63,952 nt of DNA, filler included, from Thraustochytrium aureum (GCA_012862495.1; 6 parts of 4 records of this genome joined end to end with filler, not necessarily neighbours in it); one strand, 5' to 3'. Shown: positions 9,901 through 23,078, counted from the first letter of the whole stretch. Program-made: numbers and translations. The notes: generated by a model not told the origin, from the letters alone.

Positions 9901-12900
9901 GCGCGCCCAGGGAGTCTTCGCCTTTTCTGCCGCTCTCCGGCTGGGTTGCTGCCACAAGTTGGCGCTGCATCACCCGTGCGCGATTCTCGGGCACGTACGG
10001 TCCTTCATAGGCGGCCCCGTCCGTGAAACGAATCATCACTTCGCCGCTCAGCGTCCCGTCTACCACATGAGCCACAATCGACTCGTACTGCGAAGGACCT
10101 GATGCAGGCCCACTACTAGCCAGCGCCTTGTTGATGCCCTCCGTGGCGCTGCGCACGCGGATTCGCGCCATTGTATGGCGGCGCTTGATCATCGCTTTGA
10201 CGTCAATCGCCCCGTCTGGTTTTACAACTGCGTCCCGGAGCAACTGGTCCTGCATCTCCTGGTCGACATCGTCTGGCTGGTCTCTGTTGGCTGCCTCCTC
10301 GACGCCGCCCTTCTTGCGGGTTATCGAGCCACCTCGAGCAGACCCTGTGGCGTCCAATTCGTCCTCGGTGTCCGTGAAAACCGCCCAAGTCGTCTTTGCC
10401 TGTTTCGTCTGAGCCCTGCTGCGCAGAGGCCCCTTCGATGCCAGCCGCCTCTTCGTCGCCATCGTTGCGGTCTTTTACTTGTTGAGGATCACTTGGAGCG
10501 AGTTGCCACATTGCGGAAACTCGAGGACGCCCTGGCCATGCGGGACGCCTCGACGGCTCCAGGTTCCATGGTAAACGGCAAACCCTCCGAGCGAGACGTG
10601 CTGGGATTCAGCCAGCTCCTTGAAGCGGTACACTCCGATCCACGTCAGCCGATCAAGCGGGCTGGCGCGCCACTCGGGCCCCCCGAGGAATCGCGCGCAG
10701 GAGCGAAGAATCGTCTGCACCACTGGAGCGCGCTTGCGTTCAGCGACATCTTGCATCTTGTTTGCCACAGGAGCGAGGACGTTGTCGGTAAGCGCGTCGA
10801 GCACGCGGTAAAAGGCCACGCTTTGCGGGCGCCGCACGCGGAAGCGCAAACGCGCTTGCGTCCGGTTCTCTGCTAGCTTGGTGACAGGCACTGCCTGGAT
10901 CACGTCCGAGAGCGACAGCATCGCGGTCGACCTCTTGCTCAGAAGCCCATAATACTGCCTGTCCTCACTCTCTTGCTTGTCCTGTTTGCGCAGCAACCTG
11001 AGGCGGTGTGCCCGATCGTCCAGGACATCGAGAGTCTTCTCCTCGCGGAGCCGCTTGATCTCCCTGTTCATCTTGTAGCGCCTCAAAGCGCGCTCGAAAA
11101 CGTTGGGCCGCTCTGGCATCTCGGGCACATAGCGCGGCCAAACAAGCCCCAAGGACACAAGGACACGACCGGTCCTCGCGCTGTCGAGATGCAGGGTTTT
11201 GAGAATACGCAGCAGCCGAGCCTTTCGCTTCGCGTCGATTTCGGCCTGGCGCAGAGCCTCGCGCTTGAAAAACGCGCGGTATGTCTTGCCTCGAAAGTTG
11301 CGCTGGACTGTCAGTGCGGCCCTCTTGTGCTTGAACTCGTCATGCAGCTCAGCTGCGCGCTTTAGCAGGGCTTCGCGGTTCGCCTCGACCTGCTCTGGGC
11401 GAACCACAGAGTTGGCATAGTCGTGTGCCATCGCCTCGATCCGCATCATGGTTTCCACAGAGTCCTCGTCTTTGGTCGGTACCGTCAGAACGGGGAGGAA
11501 AACCGTCGTATTCTTGGGATAGTCATCGAGTCGGAGGACTGCCTGCTGCCCTCCGGGCACGGTCCCAACCTGGCGAATGTTCAAGACGAGAGCAGTCAGG
11601 CCCTGGTGTGGGCTCTGATGTGAGATGATCTTGACTGCATCGCCCTTGCGAACCCAGTTCTCCTCGGCGACGCGCTGATGAAAGGCCTCGATGATCTCGA
11701 GCCGCTTGGCTTGGTTTCGCCCCCCGCGCCGAAAGGCTTCTACGTGGGAGCGCGCAAGCCTCGTCCAGTCATAAAGGTCGTTCCGGATCTCTGTCTTCAA
11801 CTTTGCGAGGTCGAGGGTGAACGTATCTGGATGCAAGCCAACGTTGTCGAGGGGCCGCAAGGCCATGTCCTGCTGCGCCTTGTTGCGCAACCGCAGAGCC
11901 CGGAGCATTCGCGCGTTCGCGCGCTGCTGCCTGCGGGTTTCTTCCAAGTAGAAGCGAGCGCGCTTGCGCGAGGCGAGGGCCTGCCGAGCCTGGCGCGCAC
12001 GAACTGTCCTCTGGATCTTGCCGGCCGTCTTGTCGTCGAAATGAGCCACCCAGCGTCGGTGGTACTCTGCACGGGCCCGAGAGCCCCGAAACAGAGCTTG
12101 GAACTTTGCCGCCCGGCGGTCGTGGTCGCGCGCTTGCTCCTCACGAGCACACTCGTTCTCCTTGGCTTTGGCTGCTGTCACGCGCTGCTGCTCAATGCGC
12201 CGCAGCTCGCGGCGCCGCTGAACCTCTCGGCGCGCATCATAGTACCAATCGCGCGACTGGCGGGCGCGGAACTGGATTTGCAGGTGGCGAGCTGCGTTGT
12301 ACTCGAAACGCATCGCCAATCCGTCGGCGTCCTCGGCGGCCATGAAATCGGTCTCGCGCTCTGCAACGACGTATTCGCGCAAGATCTTTCGCCGTTCCAT
12401 GCGGCGAAGGGCCTTTCTGGCGAGGGCTCGCCGCACCGCGCACTGGATGCGGACGGCCATGTATTGGGATATGATGCGGTGGTCCTCGACCTGCTCGCGG
12501 CCCGCAATTCCGCGCCACCGTGCCTGGATGCGGACTGCCACTTGATTGAGATCGTGCCAGCGGTGCAATTGTTGGTGGCGCATTGCTCGCGAGCGCGTCG
12601 CAAAGGCTTGCCAGTGCGCGAGCGCCGTTGCGAGTGCGCGGTTGGTGAGTCGGCGCATTGCGCGCTCGCGACAGTGCCGGCGGTGCGCAATGAGCTCGGC
12701 CCATCGGCGGAACGCAGAGCCTACAGCGCGGTAGCGGAGTCGACTGAGCGCGCGTTGTACTTTGACCTTGTTTGAGACGCTGTGCAGCGCGGCGAGCCGC
12801 CAAGCCCTGAAGGCGAGCTGCTTTGAGGACGCCGTAAAGTGCGCGACTGCGCGGCGGAGGCGCTGGCCGGCTAGCACGTTGGCTCTCCAGGTGTTGACGA

Positions 12901-15900
12901 CGCGCTTGGAGCTGGCCTGCCGAAGGAAACCGAGCGCCTGGGCCGCCTTTTTGCGGTTTTGGTGCTGCCTGCCGGCAAACTGAGCTAGCGCAAGCATGGC
13001 GTGGCGCTTGGCGAATGTGCACGAGGCGCGGCGGACCAGTTCCGCCTTGTAGCGGAGGCGCTTGTTTGCTTGCACCAGAAGGCGCCAAGAGTGAATCGAC
13101 CGCAGCACTGGGCCTCCGATAAGTCGTGCATGCAAAAACTGCGCAGCAGCGCGCGCCTTGTCACGGGCCACATCGAGGTTCTCGCGCAGCTTTGCAAAGG
13201 CGTGCTTGCGGACTCGCCGTTGCGCGTACCTTGTCGCAACATATATGGTGGATCGGGCGGAGCGCGCATTGTGCGAGTCCAAAGGAACGCAGTTGAGAAA
13301 GATGCCGACCAGCTTCTTGCGGTGGCTGACACTCGCGCGCGCGGCGCTCGTCCAGGCCGACCAGGACGAGCGCAAAGCTCGCGAAGCGAAAAAGGCAAGC
13401 GCGCGCCCAAGTCGCTCGCGCTCCGTAGCGAGCTGGCGAGCGTGCGCATGCCACAGGAAGAATAGCCTCTTGGTTGTGCTGGTGGACCAGAATGCCACGG
13501 CAGCAGCCGCCTTTTGAGCGAGCAGCTCCTCCCGGCGTTGGGCTGCTTCGGAATTCGCCGCGACGGCCCACGTATGAAACGCGTTGACAGCAAGTCGATG
13601 CCTCCAAAAGGCAAGGGCGCGCTGGATGCGCTGACGGTCCCTTCGCCGGCGCCACAAGAACTGGACGCGCAGCGCCAGGAACACGAGCTCGTTGCGCAGC
13701 TGCCGAATGAACAACCTAGCCATCCAGCCGCGCGCGATGCGCTGCACGTTGATTGCAGCGCAGCGCTCGGCGTTCCAGCGCTCGAGCCGGAGCAGCGCGC
13801 AGCGCGCGCGAGCCGTTCGTTGGCGAAAGGCGCACTGGATGGAGACTGCGCTGTCGCGTTGCGCCTTTTGTTTCGCCTCGACGTTAGCCACGTGATACCG
13901 ATGTCGGGCGTCATTTGCGGGCACAATCCCTCGAAACGAGCCAACGTGAACGGCTTTGCACCAAATGCCGCGAGCTTGGCGTTGGTGCGCTGCAAGGCCC
14001 ACAACCGCGCTCTGCGAGACGAGCGGACAGCCTGCGACATTCATGGTGTCGATCCTGCAGTGCGAGATGGCAGCTGCGGGGTCGTTTTGTTGAGGGTCGT
14101 CCTCGTCAATGAAGGCCTCGCGGAAGAACTGGTCGGTCACTTTGACACAGCCCGAAATGTCGAGCGCACGAAGCTCCGGGCACACAAACACCGCACGGAC
14201 GAGGTCGTCGTCTTGGAGGCCAGTGTTCCCGGCGAGCACGAGGGGAGCAAAGCCGCCAGTTTGGGAGGTCGCGCTCAAGCACGACGCCGAGCAGGGCCGG
14301 CGATGTCGACGGCGGCGGGTCAAAGAGGGACACCCCTCTGGAGATGTCCAGGTGGCGAACGCGCCGAAGCCTTGAGAGAGCCCGGACCCCTTCTGGCGTA
14401 ACGGAGCCATCGCCAAGCTCGAGCCGCTCGACCCCCCTGCAGTGGCGGTACAAGGCCCCCAGCCCTGCCCCAGAAAGTGGCTCGACTAGCCCAGCTAGGC
14501 GGAGTCGTTTGAGCACGCCATGCTTTGCGACAGCGCGCAGCACGGCGTCCGTGACGCCCGGCACTTGGCGAACGTCCAGGTCGGTGACCGAACTGAGAGG
14601 GAGGGCCAGAACGCCTTGTTCTGTCACCGCGAGGCNNNNNNNNNNNNNNNNNNNNNNNNNNNNNNNNNNNNNNNNNNNNNNNNNNNNNNNNNNNNNNNNN
14701 NNNNNNNNNNNNGCGTCCCCGACGTGCGGCAGTCGCGAGCGCTGAGGAGCTGCAAGTCTGGGCAGCACGACGCGAACCAGCTCAGCGCAATGTCGGTCAA
14801 CATGGAGCAGGCATCCAGACGGACTTGGACGAGCTTGCGCGCGTCGTGCGCGCAATTGTCGGTTAGCAGTGCCTGGCCGCCGAGAAACAGCTTCTTGTCT
14901 GTTGCGCCTTTGGACTTGAGCACGGCCTGCACGCCGCTGTTCTCGACGGCGGGACAGCCGTCAAGGTGAACCTCGCTGAGCCGCCGGCAGTTTGCTGCGA
15001 GTGTGACGAGGCCCACGTTGCCGAGTCGTTTGCAGGCTCCGAAATCTACGCTTACAAGCTGACGGCACCAGCGCGCCAGGCCTCCCGACACGCTTTCGTT
15101 GGACACGGCCTCCCACTGGCCGCGAAGGTCGAATCGCTCGAGGGAGCGGCATGCCATGCAGATATCTCGCAAGTTGCGCTCTGAGCCAAGCAGGAAGCCC
15201 TCGGTCTCCGGATCGGCCGAGCCCGCAAGGTCGGCTCCGGGAAGGCCGCAGCAGCGGCATTCTGGCCGGTCTCTGCCCGCGCGGTCGTACGTGCGGGAGA
15301 CGTCTAGATGGACAAGGCGAGCGCCGCCGCCAGCTTCCAGTGCGCGGACGACTCCCTCCCCGGTCGAGCCCAGAGCAGCCGCCGAGGCGAAGCACCTCCA
15401 GCCGCCCCCCGCAGCGCCTGAGCGCCGCAAAGAGTGCCTGGTCGCTGACTAGGTTGCATCCACGGAGGTCAAGTTGGACGCACCCTCGCTGGACGGGGAC
15501 GGTGTCTCGCACCATCCCGTGCCACAGCCGGAGGTCAACAACCTCTGCCGCTCGCCAGCTCAGCTCGCGCCAGCTCTGGGACCACAACACGGCGTCCGGC
15601 CCTGACACGGTGGCGTCTACAGGTGCGCTCGAGCTTGGCCTGCTTTGTGGTCCAGGCGGCCCTTGCTCCACGATTCGTGCGTCAAACCGGCGCCGGTGCT
15701 GTGCGCTCTCGGTTTGCTCTCGCAGCAGCTCGAGCGCGCGCCATACGGCCGCAGACGCTTCAGGCACGGCGGGCCCATGCTGATGTCCATCTTGCTCACC
15801 TGCGTTGCTGCGTTGGCTTGTTGGCCAGCGAACGTCGTTGCCCGCGCGCCTCGCGGCTTGGTCCTCGTCGTCGCCTCGGGACTCCCTCGACTCGAGCAGC

Positions 15901-16136
15901 CGGAGTCCAGCCGCCAAGGAGCGGCTCACCGGCCTCGCGACTTTTGCAGACACTGCGAGTCCAGGCAGCCCTCTGCGCAGACCGGGGGACCTTGGTCTCT
16001 TCCGCGCGCGAGGGGCGGCGGCGTCCTCTGCGGCAACGCCCGAGTGCGCGTTGCCGGACACGATTTGGCGGCCTGCTCGTCCGTCTCCGCGGGGTCCTCC
16101 CAGCGCGGGCAGCGACAGCGACCGCCGGTCCTCCAT
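6742..16136 (-). CDS. Giant multidomain protein (~3100 aa once frames are joined): LRRs, IQ motifs, Sfi1-like repeats, KOW-like, MORN repeats, dynein stalk/MTBD-like, 2x WW
   Basis: ORFs 14961..16136, 14624..15430, 14106..14855, 10475..14416, part of 10203..10511, 7031..10462 and the end of 6742..7713 abut or overlap. Each junction is repaired by one base at a homopolymer (~15360, ~14243, ~10518, ~10378, ~7043), and motifs continue across junctions (LRR WRLCSLVLAGN; a MORN-like YHGTW..PHGQG just before the 10475 stop). One N gap at 14636-14712. Confidence 0.7.
9130..9700 (-). other. MORN repeat array within the giant gene
   Basis: Tandem YxGxFxxGxxHGxG repeats: YFGDMVNSVREGSG, YKGEFSKNLPHGRG, YMGHFRYGMPHGRG, YEGEYEDGQFHGSG, YEGQLCRGKYHGKG. 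Confidence 0.93.
11950..13860 (-). other. IQ calmodulin-binding motifs flanking a Trp-periodic Sfi1-like helical repeat region
   Basis: IQ motifs AVSIQCAFRQRTAR, AINVQRIARGWMAR, AVRIQARWRGIAGR, AAKFQALFRGSRAR. Between them, repeated A-x-x-F/H...(A)F-x-x-W units such as NAFHTW, LFFLW, SAFRRW, ALAHW. Confidence 0.7.
14000..15560 (-). other. Cysteine-containing leucine-rich repeats (FBXL/AMN1 type) within the giant gene
   Basis: LDLRGCNLVSDQAL, LEVLRLGGCSGL, LVSVDFGACKRLGNVGL, LSEVHLDGCPAVENSGV, VRLDACSMLTDIAL, LRALDISGCVKVTD. Confidence 0.85.
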
Positions 16137-16431
16137 CGCGGGCCAGGCGTCCGCTGCGGCTCTGGCTGCTCCGGTGCTGAGCTGCCGGCCCTCGCGGCTT
16201 CAGAAGGTGATCGAGCGGAAATGGGATGGCTCAACGCAAACGGTAACTTGCTTGTTTTTCCTTTTTTTTTTCGAGCTTGATGAGGGCGACCGACGGCGGC
16301 GACGCACAGGCAAGCGAGGAAGCGGTTGAGGTACTTCTCGTAGAAGAGCACCGCACGAGCACAACGACAAGGAATTTCACGAAGTCAGGGGCTGCGGCGG
16401 CGCGCAGGCGAGGCTCAAGAGCGGTTTGCGT

Positions 16432-18038
<1,607 letters not shown>

Positions 18039-18879
18039 CTTGTCTGCTCTGTTTGTAGTTGTTCTCCTTTCCCCTGCGCTGCTCTGCTGCTTGCTCTTGC
18101 TCTCTTGCTCTGCTTCGTTCGTGGTCTGCCTGGCCCCAAAACGCTTCATCACAAGCCACTCCTTTTGCTGGCGTCACACACCTCGCCTCTGCGGTCGCAT
18201 TGCGCCACCGCGCCTGTCATCCTTGTGCGTCTGTCTTCGCGCAGCGGCAGGAAATCCCTGCGAGAACGTTCGTAAGATTCCGTCCCTCGTGCGCTTCACC
18301 CGCGTGAGTCTCAGCCTCGCAATTATCGCAGGGCCGTCCTTCCCTCCCGGCCTGGAGAAGGTAAAGAGAGAAACAAAACCACAAAACAAAAGCCTCAGAA
18401 CAGAATTCAGAACAGAACAGAGGAGCGAAGCCGCGCACCGCAAAGCAAAAACCACAAAGCAGAAATTCAGAAAGAATTCAGTTCACCACTCAGAACAGCT
18501 GTTCTGTTCTGACGCGTTGGCAACGAGAGGCTCACCGCCGGTGTGCGACTAGCCCCTCACATCCCCCCTGCCGCGGCAAACCGCAAACCCGAACCGAATT
18601 ATACAAATCTTTCTTGTTCTCGTCTGCTTAGGAGTGTACGTACCCCCACCAGAACCTGCAGCGCGCTCCCACAAATTCCCCATACAGGGCGCATCCACGA
18701 ACAAATCCCGAACGGCAGGGCGAGGTGAGACCCCGCTGAGCGCCGCGCTGCCCCTTCGACGGCAGTCTCGCAGGATACGCGGCATAACAGGAACCGCAAT
18801 AAGCGAGTGTTGGCTGCGAGGATGAAGAGCCGTGCAAGGGGGAGAACGCGCGGCGTCAGCGGTGGGGTCGCGCGATGAC

Positions 18880-18979
18880 NNNNNNNNNNNNNNNNNNNNN
18901 NNNNNNNNNNNNNNNNNNNNNNNTTAATTAATTAANNNNNNNNNNNNNNNNNNNNNNNNNNNNNNNNNNNNNNNNNNNN
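18880..18979. other. Artificial contig-join spacer (44 N + TTAATTAATTAA + 44 N)
   Basis: The 12-mer at 18924-18935 has stop codons in all six frames; the same 100-nt construct occurs five times in the window. Confidence 0.97.
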
Positions 18980-19293
18980 TGTGCCGTGAGTGCCCTGCAC
19001 TGTCGGTGCGGAAGTACGACGGACTCGCACGTTCAGGAGAAATACGCAACGTGCGGACGAAGGCTGCAGAGCCTGGACTTGGCAGATTCGGGGCGGGCAA
19101 GCTTGGCTTGTCCTCAACTGAAGGGGCGATCGCTTGCTCTCGAGCTGGAGCTCGAGCTCGAGCTGCGCGCCAATCAACCAGCTTGCACGGCGAGACAGCG
19201 CACAACCAAGTCAGCTCTGCGCGGCGGCACAAACCCGCCGCGCTGCCTCTGACCGTCTCCCCTTCCTTCCGACGCGACTCTGCTCGTCGAGGG

Positions 19294-22200
19294 ATGGGTC
19301 AAAGTGCACCTGCACGAGGCGGTGGCTCCAACAGTGGAGGAACGACAACCATCAACCCCACCACCTTGGACGTGTCTGGAGACCGCGCAAACCGGGCCGT
19401 GGCCGAGGCACCCGCCCAGCGACATTTTCCGCTTGCACAGGGCGCGACCTTTGAGATGATGGGTAGCTACAAGGCGCCGCGTAACCAGGTCTTGCCGGTC
19501 TGGATGTCGGTGGACGAAACAACGAACGGGCCGGACGCCAGCGAGCGCGTTGCCGGCCCCATCCATGGCGGCCCTGCGCGCTTGGTCGATCGGCAACGAC
19601 GCGAAATGCGCAAGGCCTCTAGCTTCCTTGTCCTGGCATCAGAAAAAGCGCGCCCCCCGCCACCGACGTGGTTCAATCAGCCGCTCAACCCAAGCTCGAG
19701 CACAGGAGCGGTCTCCAAGATGTGGCGCATTGCAGCAGTTGCCTTCGTCCTACTCGTCGGGGCTGTCCTTTGGGGCGTCGTGTCGGAAACCTCGCGACAT
19801 GCTGCGAAGAGCGCAGACCTCCCACAGAAAGTGCAGCAGGCAGGGCCAACGCGAAGCCCGACCAGCTTGGCCCCAACGAGCTCACCCACACGGTCCCCAA
19901 GCGCGACCCCGACCACGAGCGCCCCAACGAGGACGCCGACGACCGGGTTCCCGACAGTGCGCCCAACACGGGCCCCAACTCGATTCCCCACGACTGCGCC
20001 GTCGCGGTCTCCTACTGTCCCACCGACGCACGGCGTGCCCATTTTCGTGAACGAGACGAGCTGGTTCTCCGACGTGGAGCGCGTCCATCCGCCGCTGTGG
20101 GCTACCGAGGAGGCCATCGTCGCCGAGCCTGGACTCTGGGCAAGAATCGACGCGGAGGGCCCACTGTGGCTCCAGCTGGACTGGCCTGCAGGCACTGTGC
20201 CGCGGTCCAACAACGTTGTTTGGCTCGATCTCGATCTCAACAAGGTGACCGGGGTGCCGCGTGGTGAGCACTTTATGCCGCGCGGCACGGAGGCGTTTGT
20301 GCTGCTCGAGTTCTCCGAAGCGGGGGGGCTTGTCGAGCCGCCGAGCTTGTGGACAGGTTGCCCTCCGGAGGCATCGGGGAGTGGTTGCGCCCAGCGCGTG
20401 CAAGCGATTTCCGCAATCGAGTTTAACTACACCCTGGCTGCGAACAGCACGTTGCGGGCTTCGATTTCCTTGTCCGTCTCGCGCGACGCACTCTCGCAGG
20501 CCTCCGGCATCGAGGCCGCGTCGCTTGGCGACCTGGACGCAAGCGTACGCTTTCGCTACGGCCTAGACGAGTCGCCGACTCTGGTCGAGCTGGTGCGGCC
20601 AGAGTTTTACCTGGACGCATACCCTCTTTACACCGGGCTCCGAGCGTTGAACAAGTGCTCATTCAGCCAGTTTGACCAACGCGCGGCCATCGTTTACAGC
20701 CCGGAGGCGCGCGACTTGTTCTTCCAGGACAAGGCCTACGCTCAGCTCTACATGGCGCTTCAGGGCCAGGTCTACCAAGCAGGAATGCCGTACGACCGCA
20801 TCACAGCGAGCGAGCTGCTGGAGGTGAGCCGCACGTGCCAGTATCAGGTGTTGGTGATCCCATACCTCGCGTTTGTGAACGAAGCAGAGCTCGCAGGCCT
20901 GCGCAAGGCGCTCTTCTTGCTCGTGCACGTGTACGGTGTCGGCCTCGTGGCGGCGGGCGACTTTCTGACGAACAAAGCCCTTGACACGCGCCAGGTCCTC
21001 TCGGGGGCCTATGCGGTGATGCGCGCTTTGCTTGGCGTTGAGGCCAGCAACCCCGTGGCAGTCAACCACACAGGGGCGGTAGTGACCGTCAGCTCCTCTG
21101 AGGCTGCGCGCGCTATGTTTCCTTCCACTGAGCCCGGGACGGTTTTGCTGAATCGCACGGGGACCGGGCGCCAGGCCAATATGTACCGCGCTGCACTGAG
21201 CGGGCGGTCCGCGTTTCGAGTTCACGACGTGGCTACGCAATACTTCGAAATGGAGGGCGCGCTGCGCAACTTTAGCGCAGTTCTCACCAGCGAACTGGTT
21301 GGCAACCGGTTTGGTGCACGGTCCGGGCGCTTTGTGCACTTTTCGACCGCCGAGCTAATGACCAACAGCGGAATGGCCTGGCGCGCGGTGCAGTGGGCGA
21401 CCGCCCCCGTAAACCCGTTCCAGCTCTCCATATCGCGGCATACGAGCGTAATGGCTGTTCGCGTGGACGTGGACCACTCGCAGACGCTGCTCTCTGCCCA
21501 GTACATTCTCCCAACGTTGACGCGCTGGTACGCGCAGCCACTGAAGGCCGAGCTCAACTTTGTGGCGACCTATTTCATCAACATCGGGGCAAACCGCGCT
21601 GCGAAAGAGTATACCGACTGGGTCTCGGTGCAAGGCCCGGCTTACCGCGACCTGTTGCTGCTGCAAAACGAAATTGGCAGCCATAGCTACACGCACCCGT
21701 CCAACATCAACGCAGCTGGCGTTGACCTCAACTTTGAGTTTGTGGAGGCGCGGCGACACATCATGGGGAACTTGAGCCTTTCTCGACTCGGGACTGCTCA
21801 GCCAGGGGACCCAGAGTCGCTCGCCACGGCGCTGTGGATATCGCGCAGTCTCCCCGAGACGTACTGGTCTGGCGCTTTCTCCGGCATCGACGCCGGCTTC
21901 CCTGGCGCTTTTGGGTTTTTGAATCCCTCGTCCAACATGGTGTACCTTGCACCCAACTTGATGTTTGACTTCACCCTTGTGGACTGGCTGGGCCTCTCGC
22001 CGAATGAGGCAGAGGACGCCTGGCTCGAGCAATGGGAGGCGGCCACACGGTTCGCCAACGTGCCCATCGTGCACGTTCCGTTCCACGACTATGCGCTGAC
22101 GCACTGGAGCGTCGCAGAGGCGGCCTTTACCAACACCTCGTACAGCGACAGCATGTACTTGTCGCTCCTCTCGCGCGCCAAGGCGGACGGCGCAGAGTTT

Positions 22201-23025
22201 GTAACGTGCATGGACCTGCATGACCGGATTCGGGCCATTGCAAAGGGCGCCCTGACCGTAAGGCCAAGCGGGGAGTTTGGTAACGGGGGCCGGGCCTACA
22301 GTGTGCAGGTCCGCGCCAACGCTGCGGAAAGCGAGACGATTGGCCGGTTTTCGCTTGGGGCGAGGGCGTCCACGCCAGACATCGTTTCGTGCGGCAACTG
22401 GTACGCCTTTAACGAGCGCCAGTTGCTCGTCCCAGAGCGTGGCGGGGTCTTTCAGATCACCCTCTGCGCGGCCAACACCCGGAGTTGCCGCACCAACTCG
22501 CCTCTGATAAGCGCTACGCGGATCGACAAGTTGGGCATGCGATTGAGCCTCGTCAGCGTTTCGGGCGACGGTGCGAGCCTCGAATTCGTGGTTCGCGGCA
22601 GCGGCACGGTGCGCGTGAAATTGAGTCCTGCGCACGCGGACGAGCTCGGCCTCGATGACGAAACAATGAGATCCGGCGGCAGCCAAGCCCTGTCAAGTGT
22701 CTCTTGGCGCCCAGAGGGCGCCTTGACTGCCGAGTTTACGTTCGGGAGCCGTGTGGACAACGACGGCCGAGCCGTGTCGGTGCACCGGGTAGGCATCGTG
22801 CGACNNNNNNNNNNNNNNNNNNNNNNNNNNNNNNNNNNNNNNNNNNNNNNNNNNNNNNNNNNNNNNNNNNNNNNNNNNNNNNNNNNNNNNNNNNNNNNNN
22901 NNNNNNNNNNNNNNNNNNNNNNNNNNNNNNNNNNNNNNNNNNNNNNNNNNNNNNNNNNNNNNNNNNNNNNNNNNNNNNNNNNNNNNNNNNNNNCTGGGAC
23001 GCCGCAACAATCCGAGACAAATTAG
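19294..23025 (+). CDS. Type II membrane protein: TM anchor, Pro/Thr-rich stalk, NodB-like polysaccharide deacetylase (CE4-like) module; 3' end uncertain (gap 22805-22993)
   Basis: TM segment IAAVAFVLLVGAVLWGVV; SPT/APT repeats; CE4-like motifs VRVDVDHS, ATYFINIG, EIGSHSYTHP (HSxxH metal site) and HVPFHDY. First ATG at 19294. Confidence 0.72.
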   Translation: MGQSAPARGGGSNSGGTTTINPTTLDVSGDRANRAVAEAPAQRHFPLAQGATFEMMGSYKAPRNQVLPVWMSVDETTNGPDASERVAGPIHGGPARLVDRQRREMRKASSFLVLASEKARPPPPTWFNQPLNPSSSTGAVSKMWRIAAVAFVLLVGAVLWGVVSETSRHAAKSADLPQKVQQAGPTRSPTSLAPTSSPTRSPSATPTTSAPTRTPTTGFPTVRPTRAPTRFPTTAPSRSPTVPPTHGVPIFVNETSWFSDVERVHPPLWATEEAIVAEPGLWARIDAEGPLWLQLDWPAGTVPRSNNVVWLDLDLNKVTGVPRGEHFMPRGTEAFVLLEFSEAGGLVEPPSLWTGCPPEASGSGCAQRVQAISAIEFNYTLAANSTLRASISLSVSRDALSQASGIEAASLGDLDASVRFRYGLDESPTLVELVRPEFYLDAYPLYTGLRALNKCSFSQFDQRAAIVYSPEARDLFFQDKAYAQLYMALQGQVYQAGMPYDRITASELLEVSRTCQYQVLVIPYLAFVNEAELAGLRKALFLLVHVYGVGLVAAGDFLTNKALDTRQVLSGAYAVMRALLGVEASNPVAVNHTGAVVTVSSSEAARAMFPSTEPGTVLLNRTGTGRQANMYRAALSGRSAFRVHDVATQYFEMEGALRNFSAVLTSELVGNRFGARSGRFVHFSTAELMTNSGMAWRAVQWATAPVNPFQLSISRHTSVMAVRVDVDHSQTLLSAQYILPTLTRWYAQPLKAELNFVATYFINIGANRAAKEYTDWVSVQGPAYRDLLLLQNEIGSHSYTHPSNINAAGVDLNFEFVEARRHIMGNLSLSRLGTAQPGDPESLATALWISRSLPETYWSGAFSGIDAGFPGAFGFLNPSSNMVYLAPNLMFDFTLVDWLGLSPNEAEDAWLEQWEAATRFANVPIVHVPFHDYALTHWSVAEAAFTNTSYSDSMYLSLLSRAKADGAEFVTCMDLHDRIRAIAKGALTVRPSGEFGNGGRAYSVQVRANAAESETIGRFSLGARASTPDIVSCGNWYAFNERQLLVPERGGVFQITLCAANTRSCRTNSPLISATRIDKLGMRLSLVSVSGDGASLEFVVRGSGTVRVKLSPAHADELGLDDETMRSGGSQALSSVSWRPEGALTAEFTFGSRVDNDGRAVSVHRVGIVRXXXXXXXXXXXXXXXXXXXXXXXXXXXXXXXXXXXXXXXXXXXXXXXXXXXXXXXXXXXXXXXXGTPQQSETN

Positions 23026-23078
23026 AATAGATTCTGTAGAGCTACCGAATGTGAATTGTGATGCGGCTTTGGACGCGT

